DNA of 32,775 nt from Bdellovibrionota bacterium FG-1. GTDB lineage: Bacteria > Bdellovibrionota > UBA1018. The stretch lies in contig JBBCAW010000147.1 in assembly GCA_051382295.1 (NCBI GenBank), positions 1 through 32,775 on the forward strand, in the 5' to 3' direction. Every line of letters begins with the position of its first letter. Position 1 is the first letter of the stretch. Of the stretch, positions 17,843-25,617 are shown piece by piece. The translations under genes and the position numbers were made by a program. Under the pieces are notes generated by a model, which did not search any database, was not told where the DNA came from, and saw only the letters and a list, made by a program, of their open reading frames with translations.

Positions 17843-19537
17843 CTACTTCTTAAACACCACGGTCGCCCAAAACGGTCCTACCTCGCAGACCACCGACTTC
17901 CAGGGGGAGTTGGTTCGACCGAGTTCGTTTAAAGCCCATGGGCCAAACGGGAGGTCTTCCTCTCGCGACAGGCGATCCAGATCAGGCATCCGAAGCCTCC
18001 CTTGGTATTGCGCCGTAGCGGCCGCGTCCTTAGGGTTAAAGGCGCGGCTGAGAATGATCACGTCCATTCGTTGTGCGGCGTCGAGCGCGAGGTTGCGGCG
18101 ATTCGGAAAGTCCAGAGATCGGGTGAGATCCCAGCCCGGGTGTCGCTGCGAAAGTTCGACCAGGACATCGGGTACGTTAGGCTCCCAGATTTTGGCCACC
18201 CCTCCGTGTTCTAGTGGAGTCGCGAGTTGCGAGATTTGGTCGATGCAATCCACCCATTTTGTGTATTGAGCCCACGTATAGCCGGGAGAAATATCGTGTG
18301 CTTGGCCGATCGATGCGGCCAGGCCTAAGAGTGCATAGGCTCCGGAAAAGCCAACCACAATTCGGGATTTCCAGGACGTTTGGAGGCATAAAAGGGCTGC
18401 CCCAAAGGCACACCATGCTGAAACGTGACAGAGGGTGATAAACCAAACTTCCGCCTTAGTAGCCCAAAGATAAAAAGTGAAAAAGAAAGCTAAAATAGCA
18501 GCTAAAAGCACGCGGGACCCTACGGGGGCTGAGCGGCGAAAAGCCTGGCCAATAACCTGAAATAGCGTCCTTGGAAAAATCAAACTGAGTCCTAAAATGA
18601 GCGCCCAGAAAAGACCTTTAGCGAGATTGAAAAATTTAGGTGACCCGGCGGGACTGCCATGTTCCAGAAACAAGCTATGGAAAATCAGGTAGGGGCTGAG
18701 CATCCACGTATTGACATGCGCGAGTCGATGAAATTGAATTTCCATCTGTTCAAAGAAAAGTCCGAAATGGACAAAAACAAAGAGGAGCCAGGGCGAAAGA
18801 AAAGCCAAAGTACGCAGACCAATTCCGAGTAAACGCCTGAACCACCCGCGCGAAAAGCCTAGCCCGATTATGATCGCGGGAACAAAAAACACGGCTTCGT
18901 AATGAATGTAGGCCGAAAGCGCGATGAAGCCCGCAAGTCGCCAGGCGAGGCGTGGCCATTTTTCCTGCGCCAGTTCGGGAGTCTCCGCCTCGATGCGTTC
19001 CCAGCGTCCCAGCTCGCGAAGAATCCAGACCCAGCAAAGGCCTATCCAAATCTCAGTACGCACCACAAACGTGCCCCATCTCAGGATGGGATCCCAAAGG
19101 CCACCGAGCGCAAGGAGACTGGCGGCCCAGAGGGCGCGGGATCGGCCATGGTTTGGAGTGAGCCATTCGATGAGTAAGGTCCAAAGGGCCCAGGTCCAAG
19201 CGAGAAGTCCAAGCAGGCTGATTCCTTTGAGCAAAAACGATGGAGTGACCAAAGTTCCGAAACCGAGTTTCATCGCCGCCGCGAGGACGAAAGGAAGTGC
19301 AGGCATGATATTGAAGTTAGCTATGTCATAACTAGGAATGAACGCGGCCTGATTGTGCATTTTCCAGGCAGGAGGCCAATTGAGCAAATCGGGGCCGCAT
19401 AAAAAAAACGCCGAAGCGTCAGGCCAAGGGACTGGGCCGAAGGGAAGTCGCGAGGCCAAAAAAAATACGGCCGTGGCGAGTCCAAGAATCCAGGCGCCCT
19501 TGCGCCAAGCGGGGGGGGGCGTACTGGGGCCGATCAC
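17843..19537 (-). CDS. Multi-pass membrane protein, probable GT-C (ArnT/PMT-like) glycosyltransferase
   Basis: PWPD after TM1, VRTE loop, about 11 TM, soluble C-domain; GTGA overlap with upstream phosphatase. Confidence 0.55.
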   Translation of the reverse strand: MIGPSTPPPAWRKGAWILGLATAVFFLASRLPFGPVPWPDASAFFLCGPDLLNWPPAWKMHNQAAFIPSYDIANFNIMPALPFVLAAAMKLGFGTLVTPSFLLKGISLLGLLAWTWALWTLLIEWLTPNHGRSRALWAASLLALGGLWDPILRWGTFVVRTEIWIGLCWVWILRELGRWERIEAETPELAQEKWPRLAWRLAGFIALSAYIHYEAVFFVPAIIIGLGFSRGWFRRLLGIGLRTLAFLSPWLLFVFVHFGLFFEQMEIQFHRLAHVNTWMLSPYLIFHSLFLEHGSPAGSPKFFNLAKGLFWALILGLSLIFPRTLFQVIGQAFRRSAPVGSRVLLAAILAFFFTFYLWATKAEVWFITLCHVSAWCAFGAALLCLQTSWKSRIVVGFSGAYALLGLAASIGQAHDISPGYTWAQYTKWVDCIDQISQLATPLEHGGVAKIWEPNVPDVLVELSQRHPGWDLTRSLDFPNRRNLALDAAQRMDVIILSRAFNPKDAAATAQYQGRLRMPDLDRLSREEDLPFGPWALNELGRTNSPWKSVVCEVGPFWATVVFKK

Positions 19538-21231
19538 CGAGAATTCCCTGGTGCATCGGCGATGATTTCACTGAGGACACGTCCTTCGGATAAAGAAGGG
19601 GGGATCGTGCCCGCTAGATAGGAGAGGGTGGGGGCCAGGTCGATGACTCTGACGTGTTGGGGATAATTTCCAGCGCGGATTCTTGGTCCACTGATGATCA
19701 GCGGAACCATGCGATCATAGTTATACCCCGTGAGATGAGTTACGGTGTCTCCGTCAACCATATAGTTCGGAAGCGGGATCATCATGACATCGCCGCTTCG
19801 CCCGGGAAAATAGCCCTGCAAAATTTGTTGTTCGTGCAAGCCGGGTGGGATTTTGCGATTGGCGTGATCGAAAACAGTAAAAGCGTGGGCGATGCCGTGG
19901 ATTTTAAGGACATGGGCTTTGATTTCATCCAAAACCGCAGCCAGGGCCACTTTTCGGCTCGCCACAGCTTGTCGATTCACATAAATCGCCAAGTCATGAT
20001 TGCTAGAAATCCATTTTAGTCCGTCTGAGGGGGTTCCAAATTTTTTATTCAATAATTTTTCTAGCGCCGCTGTAAGATCATTTTCAATGATTCTGCCCGC
20101 ATCGATATGTTTGGGTTTGAGATAGTCCGGATTGGGAGGCGTTCCGTGATCACCGGTCAAAACTAAGGTAACGTCTTTGAGCCCACCTGGCAAAGTGGTG
20201 CGAAGATGGTTTAAAAATTTGGAAATGAGTCGATCTTCCGAGAGGGTCATTTCTTCCATTTCGCGGCTATTTACTCCAAAAGCGTGACTGATGTAATCGT
20301 GACTTGAAAAGCTCATCGCCAAAAGATCGGTGGATTGACCTTGACCCAAGCGATACGCGTCCAGGGCGCGTTCGGCAGCGGTTTCGGTCAGCTCCATTCC
20401 GTAGGGGAGCGCGAGCGCGGCTTTGGCCGAGGCAAGGACTTCGTGTGGAAAGTGAGTGCCGATATCTTCGGCATCATTAATTGTACGGGGAGATTCTTCA
20501 GAATATCCCGTTCCGGGTCCGATGGCTTCCCATTTGATTTTTCGATTTGTGGCGTCTTTTTTGATGTCAGCGTTCAATTTTTCAAGCCAGGCGGGAAGCT
20601 TTTTGTCCGGTAGATAATAGTTGCTCGATACCCAGCCGTGCGTTTTGTTGTTCATCCAGAAAGCGAGATCTGCGCGGTGTCCGCCGAGCATGATGGCCGC
20701 GCGGTCTTTGAGCGCCACAGTGACTACGCGTGAAGGAAAACCGGCATTTTTGAGTTCGTCTCCCACCGTGCTGGCAATCAGATTTTTTGGAGAAGTGCCG
20801 GCGTGCGGGAAGTCGGGAGCCCCGACGGTTGAAAATTCAGAGTCTTCGGCACAATAAACGAGTTGGTCTTTCTGAGTATCTTGCCAGTAATTGATGGGGA
20901 TACCCATTTGATAGGGCATAGCGCCCGTGAGGATTGTAGCGTGCCCTGGGCAGGTCATGCTTTGGAGCAAAGTGTACTCAGCCATCGGAAAGTAGGCTCC
21001 TTGAGACATGAGGTAACTAAACCCGCCGACTTGTCCTTTCGCGTCTTTCGCGGGCAGGAAGCGTTTTTCAAAACGGAGGAGGTAATCCGCGCGAAATTGG
21101 TCAATGACCATCACGACTATGAGCTTCGGGCGGGGGGGCAATAAAGGCTTAGCCGGGGCGGCTTGGGCCGTAGGGATGAAGAGGAGGCATTGGATGCAGA
21201 GGGCCAGGGTGAGTGCGCAGAATTTTGCCAT
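19534..21231 (-). CDS. Alkaline phosphatase superfamily protein, PafA type
   Basis: Signal peptide from ATG 21231; IDQFRADY, TCPGHATILTG (Thr nucleophile), KDRAA, D..SH, TGDHG, TH. Confidence 0.9.
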   Translation of the reverse strand: MAKFCALTLALCIQCLLFIPTAQAAPAKPLLPPRPKLIVVMVIDQFRADYLLRFEKRFLPAKDAKGQVGGFSYLMSQGAYFPMAEYTLLQSMTCPGHATILTGAMPYQMGIPINYWQDTQKDQLVYCAEDSEFSTVGAPDFPHAGTSPKNLIASTVGDELKNAGFPSRVVTVALKDRAAIMLGGHRADLAFWMNNKTHGWVSSNYYLPDKKLPAWLEKLNADIKKDATNRKIKWEAIGPGTGYSEESPRTINDAEDIGTHFPHEVLASAKAALALPYGMELTETAAERALDAYRLGQGQSTDLLAMSFSSHDYISHAFGVNSREMEEMTLSEDRLISKFLNHLRTTLPGGLKDVTLVLTGDHGTPPNPDYLKPKHIDAGRIIENDLTAALEKLLNKKFGTPSDGLKWISSNHDLAIYVNRQAVASRKVALAAVLDEIKAHVLKIHGIAHAFTVFDHANRKIPPGLHEQQILQGYFPGRSGDVMMIPLPNYMVDGDTVTHLTGYNYDRMVPLIISGPRIRAGNYPQHVRVIDLAPTLSYLAGTIPPSLSEGRVLSEIIADAPGNSR

Positions 21232-21628
21232 GATGGGATGGTTGTCCCGCAAAGGGGAGGTCTCTGTCAAGGTATCGGGGGGGTGGGCCGGCAAAGAGGT
21301 TGATGGTTTTATAAAGAAGGTAAACGATGTGGAACAACAACACTGTCGGCGCCCGTTCTTCGAGTCAATGGGGTTTACTGCCGTGGGTAGGCAGTTGATG
21401 CAACTCATGTGGATTTGAAAAATTTGGCTGCAAGGACCCTTTGCTATCGTGAGGCAGACGTCGCGCGTCCTGAGGCGGAAAAGCCTGAAAAACAACCATC
21501 TCTAGGTCAGCTCCGGCTCGCTAGAACGAGACGAGCACTGAGTTTTGCAGCAGCAAGGAAGCCTCTAAAAAATCGGCATCGACATTGTTCGTGTTTTGAC
21601 ACACAAGTCGTCAGAAAGACGCAAGACA

Positions 21629-21661
21629 ATGCCCGCAACATCGTTCGGATATTGCGGGCAT
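21629..21661 (-). terminator. Hairpin/terminator downstream of the 21683-22834 gene
   Basis: ATGCCCGCAATATC-CGAAC-GATGTTGCGGGCAT, 14-bp stem with one G-U, T-rich tail, 21 nt after the stop. Confidence 0.7.
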
Positions 21662-21682
21662 GAAGTGAGGGATTTCGGAGGA

Positions 21683-22834
21683 TCAGATCCCTTCGATGGC
21701 CAGGAATTCCTTGGCTGCGATTTTCGGTGCATACAGGTCGATTTCGTTGGCTCGGTGTCTTTGCTCTCCATCGTAGCTCGAAAGCAGACGGATGCCTGAC
21801 TTTGGGTCAAAGTAAACGTCTTCGATCGTGCCGAACGCGAAGGTGGACGTCGAATGTGGGGATACGCGCCGATTATCGCTGATCTCGCCATCCGGATTGA
21901 TGTTTGAGATCCATCGGTCCGCTTTGGCCAGTAGGTCATTGTCCGCTGGAACCGTGCTCTTGATCTTCGCCCACCATTGGTTGAGTTGTGCCTTGATCCA
22001 TTTGGAGCGAGCATCGAAGTAATACTTGTACTTCACGCGGACGCAACTGACTGCATCGAGCTGAGACCCATTTTCAGATCCGCATCGGCTCGGCATGAAG
22101 ATTCCTGTAATCCCTGGGCTCATGTACCAGGCTTCGAGTTCAATCCGCATCTCGGCTTCGACTTTCGGATTCGCGATATCGTAAATGGTCGCCAGCGCGT
22201 CCGCTTTTTCGAATGTTTTCTTCACGATTTTGATAGCAATTTCTTCTCTTTTTTCCGGCGTCATGTGGGGTTTGATCGACAGCTTCAGTACGGTTTGCTG
22301 CGTGAGGTACGCAGTGATCTGGTTCGAAATCACATAATCGGACGAGGCTCCGATGTTTTGCTCGACGCCCGAAAGTCCCGCGTATTCGTGATGGACAAGC
22401 GAGTACTGATCTGCCTCGGATATGGCGGCAAACCGCTCGGTGTTGCAGAGAATGTGCTGCAAGTGATCGCGATTGGAAATAAACCCACGGCAGGTCTTGG
22501 GTTGCCCGTTCACGATGACATTCAGCTCAGGATCAGAGCTATTTTTTTCTTGCTCGGTCGTGACAAAGCCCACGACGACTGCATGAGGCTCCAGTCGTGC
22601 GCTCATCGAGCTTTGATAAAAGTGATAGGGTATTGGGGCTGGAAATCTCAGACCGGTGGCGCCACCCTCGCTAATCCATTTAAGAATATCCCCGCGGATT
22701 TCATCCACCCGCTTCTCAGAAGCATCCCCGCCGCCTCCCGTATTGGTGCCTTCTTTTGCGAAGGCCGGTAGTGCTGCCAGAGTGAGAGTTAGGCCAGTAA
22801 GTAATCCAAGAGTCATGCTTTTTTTAGAATTCAT
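21683..22834 (-). CDS. Secreted hypothetical protein with N-terminal GGGGD motif and LVHHEYAG segment
   Basis: AAAGGAG SD, signal peptide AFA-K, 383 aa, own terminator. Confidence 0.85.
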   Translation of the reverse strand: MNSKKSMTLGLLTGLTLTLAALPAFAKEGTNTGGGGDASEKRVDEIRGDILKWISEGGATGLRFPAPIPYHFYQSSMSARLEPHAVVVGFVTTEQEKNSSDPELNVIVNGQPKTCRGFISNRDHLQHILCNTERFAAISEADQYSLVHHEYAGLSGVEQNIGASSDYVISNQITAYLTQQTVLKLSIKPHMTPEKREEIAIKIVKKTFEKADALATIYDIANPKVEAEMRIELEAWYMSPGITGIFMPSRCGSENGSQLDAVSCVRVKYKYYFDARSKWIKAQLNQWWAKIKSTVPADNDLLAKADRWISNINPDGEISDNRRVSPHSTSTFAFGTIEDVYFDPKSGIRLLSSYDGEQRHRANEIDLYAPKIAAKEFLAIEGI

Positions 22835-22881
22835 ACGAATCTCCTTTTATATTGTTTGAGTAATTTAGTTTAGCTATTGAA

Positions 22882-22953
22882 TCACGGGTGTCGAAGATTC
22901 AAAACCGTCATCAGTGAAAAAGTGGTCCAAAACAAAATCTTCATTGAAAACAT
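22882..22953 (-). CDS. Putative 23-aa hydrophobic peptide MFSMKILFWTTFSLMTVLNLRHP
   Basis: GGAGAA SD 7 nt before ATG; below the ORF-track cutoff; 47 nt upstream of the secreted gene on the same strand. Confidence 0.4.
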   Translation of the reverse strand: MFSMKILFWTTFSLMTVLNLRHP

Positions 22954-23100
22954 GTCTTTATTCTCCAATCTCAATGGTTCATTCGCCGCTCATCCAAGGC
23001 CCCCTCGTAAGGCGTCTTTCGATGATTCATCGCGTTAAAAAGACTTATACTTGAGTTATTGGATTATGAATAGATGTTTTAAGATTCAAAATCTGTTAGT

Positions 23101-23139
23101 ATTGGTCCTGTTAGGACTAATTGCTTCGTAAGGGACTAA
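23101..23139. promoter_or_regulatory. Candidate operator: ATTGGTCCT-N3-AGGACTAAT plus a second GGACTAA
   Basis: 8/9 inverted repeat 23101-23121; GGACTAA at 23114 and 23133, directly before ATG 23141. Confidence 0.4.
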
Positions 23140-23140
23140 A

Positions 23141-23962
23141 ATGGCAGATTTTTATTCAAGTTCCAATTATCGCGAATACCTGAAAACCTGGATTTCTGAG
23201 CAGCCTAAAAGGGGGCGCGGCCTCATTTCCGCGATGGCCAAAGCGGCAGGGTGTCAGCCCGTTTATTTCTCGCGCGTGCTTTTGGAAAAAGCCCAGCTCA
23301 GTCTCGAGCAGGCACAGGCCATTCAGCGTTTATTGGGGCATTCCAATGAAGAGGTCGATTTTTTTCTACTTCTCGTAGAGTGGGATCGCGCCGGCAACAA
23401 GGCATTGAAAAATTACTTCTGGCAAAAGATCGAAACCGCGCGTGAGGCCCGCATCAATCTTCAGGCGCGATTTACCGAAGCAAAGTCCCTTACCATTGAA
23501 CATCAAAATATATATTACAGCTCCTACCAGTATGCGGCAGTTCATGCCTGTATTTCAGTGCCGGCTTTTCAAACAGTCGACGCGCTCGAAGCTGTTTTAA
23601 AAATTCCCAGAGAGCGTTTGCTCGAAGTCCTCTCCTTTCTCAGGGAGACTGGACTTGCCATCGAGGAGCGTGGGCGTTTTCGGGTCGGCCTCAATCGGTT
23701 GCACTTAGGAAAAGACGCTGGACTCATTCGTCAGCACCATTCGAACTGGAGAATCGAGGCCCTCAAATCACTCGACCGAGGAAAAGGAGCACAAAGCGAC
23801 CAAGCCTTGCATTATTCGGCTGTGGTGAGTTTATCTGAGGCCGATGCCGTTCGGCTCCGAGAACACTGGGTACGGGCGCTAGAAGAGTTCAATCGGCAAA
23901 TCGCCCCGTCTAAAGAAGAGGCTGTGCGCGCGCTGGTGATTGATTTTTTTTCGCTCAATTGA
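23141..23962 (+). CDS. TIGR02147 / DUF4423 family protein with N-terminal HTH-like region
   Basis: YREYLK..RG....MAKAAGCQPVYFSRVL..LSLEQA, YYSS..Y.AVH, HHSNWR..AL, HYS.VVSLS, IDFF. Confidence 0.85.
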   Translation: MADFYSSSNYREYLKTWISEQPKRGRGLISAMAKAAGCQPVYFSRVLLEKAQLSLEQAQAIQRLLGHSNEEVDFFLLLVEWDRAGNKALKNYFWQKIETAREARINLQARFTEAKSLTIEHQNIYYSSYQYAAVHACISVPAFQTVDALEAVLKIPRERLLEVLSFLRETGLAIEERGRFRVGLNRLHLGKDAGLIRQHHSNWRIEALKSLDRGKGAQSDQALHYSAVVSLSEADAVRLREHWVRALEEFNRQIAPSKEEAVRALVIDFFSLN

Positions 23963-24189
23963 CAAACGAGATTGGATTATTTGAGTACCTGTATTCGCCT
24001 CATGGCATTCGGGGGCGTCGGCTTTGATTTTGTTTGTGTTGCGGCACGGGTGGGCGGTTTTGTAAAAAATCAACTCGATGGAAAATATGAAAGCCGCTAC
24101 CTGGCGTTGACCATATCCCTGGAACATTTCGATGAGCTGGGGCTCGGCGGAATCAATTGAGTGGTACATGAGGAGCTTTGAGGGCGTCT

Positions 24190-24217
24190 TTGACGTCAAA
24201 AAACTCGTCACTAAAAT
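24190..24217 (+). promoter_or_regulatory. Near-consensus promoter TTGACG-N16-TAAAAT facing the 3' end of the TA operon
   Basis: 5/6 match at both boxes; -35 lies inside the perfect palindrome TTTGACGTCAAA (24189-24200). Confidence 0.5.
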
Positions 24218-24249
24218 AGCCGTCAATGAGTTGTTTTCCCAGGATCACG

Positions 24250-24606
24250 TTAAGCCGCTAAAATAAGTTCCTTAAACTTCGCTTGCGGGGCCGCAGAGCG
24301 CCTGGGACCATTCTTTAACTCAATCAGACCAAACTCCTTGAGGAGTTGCACATCTTGATGAACATTTTTAAAATTTCGCTTCACCATTCGCGCGAGCTCC
24401 TGAATGGATTTAGGCTTTTGCAGACGAATCACATTCAAGAGTTCAATCCGAGCGCCGGTAATCACTCGCCCAAGAGTTTCAAAATCTGGAAAACTAATAA
24501 TGGCGGTTCCAGAAAACTTCCTCGATGGTTTCGCCAAAACATTAAAGGCACGATCCATTGCCTTCTTCTGAGATTCGACAACCAACATCACACGTTTAAG
24601 CTTCAT
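24250..24606 (-). CDS. Winged-HTH protein (HVO_A0114/COG4190-like), putative antitoxin
   Basis: ISFPDFETL.RVIT..RIELL..I...PKSIQELARMVKRNFKNVHQDV..L.EFGLI; overlaps upstream gene; ends LAA. Confidence 0.8.
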   Translation of the reverse strand: MKLKRVMLVVESQKKAMDRAFNVLAKPSRKFSGTAIISFPDFETLGRVITGARIELLNVIRLQKPKSIQELARMVKRNFKNVHQDVQLLKEFGLIELKNGPRRSAAPQAKFKELILAA

Positions 24607-24901
24607 AAATAAACCCCTCTTGTCGAATAATCGCTTCGATATCTTCCCGCAAAGGGCTCAGTCCTCGATACACATAACCGACCTCACGACCTTGAATGTG
24701 TAAATGGGGCCCCTTGGGTTTGTGATTGTCAAAACCAAAAAGTGTGACCCCACCTTCAGAAAGCCATGCCCGATATTTGACTCCGGTGGGATAATGAGTC
24801 GAAGAGGGAACCTCCCAGATAACGATTTCAAAGATAGCCTGACGAATCCCATCTTTATGATTCAAAACCAGCTTTTCTCTCAAGAGTTCAACGGCTTTCA
24901 C
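24596..24901 (-). CDS. DUF6516 / TumE-family putative toxin (GTG 24901 preferred; ORF track start 24922)
   Basis: IWEVP....P.GVKYR.......FDNHKPKGPHLH..G.E..Y.Y..L..L.ED; bicistronic with the HTH gene. Confidence 0.8.
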   Translation of the reverse strand: MKAVELLREKLVLNHKDGIRQAIFEIVIWEVPSSTHYPTGVKYRAWLSEGGVTLFGFDNHKPKGPHLHIQGREVGYVYRGLSPLREDIEAIIRQEGFIYEA

Positions 24902-24903
24902 TA

Positions 24904-24938
24904 ATGGTATTGATACCATCATTAAATAATGAAATCAA
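24904..24938 (-). promoter_or_regulatory. TA promoter (TTGATT-N17-TATCAA, extended TG) with 7-2-7 operator ATGGTAT-nn-ATACCAT
   Basis: Perfect palindrome 24904-24919 covers the -10 (24915-24910); -35 at 24938-24933. Confidence 0.65.
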
Positions 24939-24981
24939 AATTATTCATGACTAGCTACAGTGACAGAACACCGTTCATACA

Positions 24982-25030
24982 GGTTAACCATACTTCGAAT
25001 GTGGCGTACACTTCCGAAGTATGGTTAACC
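24982..25030. repeat. Perfect 16-bp inverted repeat over promoter and start of the AAA gene
   Basis: GGTTAACCATACTTCG (24982-24997) / CGAAGTATGGTTAACC (25015-25030), 17-nt spacer containing TACACT. Confidence 0.9.
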
Positions 25031-25617
25031 GAGCATAAAAACTCTCTAAAAACAGTGACTTATTTCTATTTGGAGCTCGAGTTCTCTGGATCGACGTGCT
25101 CACTGAGGCGGATGAGGACACCTACGGCAAACACCGTGATACACTTTCATCCCGCCTGAAAGAATCCGATTTTGACTATGTGGTAATCGATGAGATTCAA
25201 AAATTTCCAAAACTGTTCGATATCGTCCATAGAGAAATAGAAACGCCCAACCCAAAGAGGACATTCTTTATGCTCACAGGTTCGAGCGCCCGAAAGTTAA
25301 AACGGCACGGTGGAAATTTGCTCGGCGGTAGAGCGGTTTCGTACTCACTTTTTCCATTTACCTCGAACGAGCTAGGTCAGGATTTCAGTCTGGAGGCTGC
25401 GCTTTCGTTTGGTACTCTGCCTCTCCTGTACCCCTTCGCTGAAATCGAGAAAAAAGAAGACCTCCTCAGAGGTTACGTCAAAAATTACGTAAAAGAGGAG
25501 ATCTTAGTTGAACAATTGCTGAGAAAAATCGACCCATTCAAAGATTTTCTTGAAATCGCCGCCCAAATGAATGGTGAAATCATCAACTATTCAAATATCT
25601 CAAAGGACGTTGGAATC
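25021..25617 (+). pseudogene. AAA_14/DUF4143-type ATP-binding protein, inactivated
   Basis: MVNRA*KLSKNSDLFLFGAR|VLWID: TAA at codon 6, Walker A GKS/T missing; VVIDEIQK, LTGSSARKL, LLGGRA intact; family similarity ends at NYSNISKDVGI. Confidence 0.8.

Noticed and set aside
21232..21495. 88-aa N-terminal extension of the phosphatase ORF
   Set aside because: Signal peptide begins at ATG 21231 and TTGACA lies within the extension
21440..21628. c-di-GMP riboswitch or tmRNA-like RNA (GAAA hairpins, ...FAAA text)
   Set aside because: Only short hairpins; conserved riboswitch core and tRNA-like ends absent
21977..22771. 264-aa + strand ORF (similarly 28604-29371 on the - strand)
   Set aside because: Antisense to genes with clear signal peptides
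23879..24226. ORFs 23879-24226 (-) and 23972-24160 (+)
   Set aside because: No SD, no recognisable motifs; one overlaps the TIGR02147 gene
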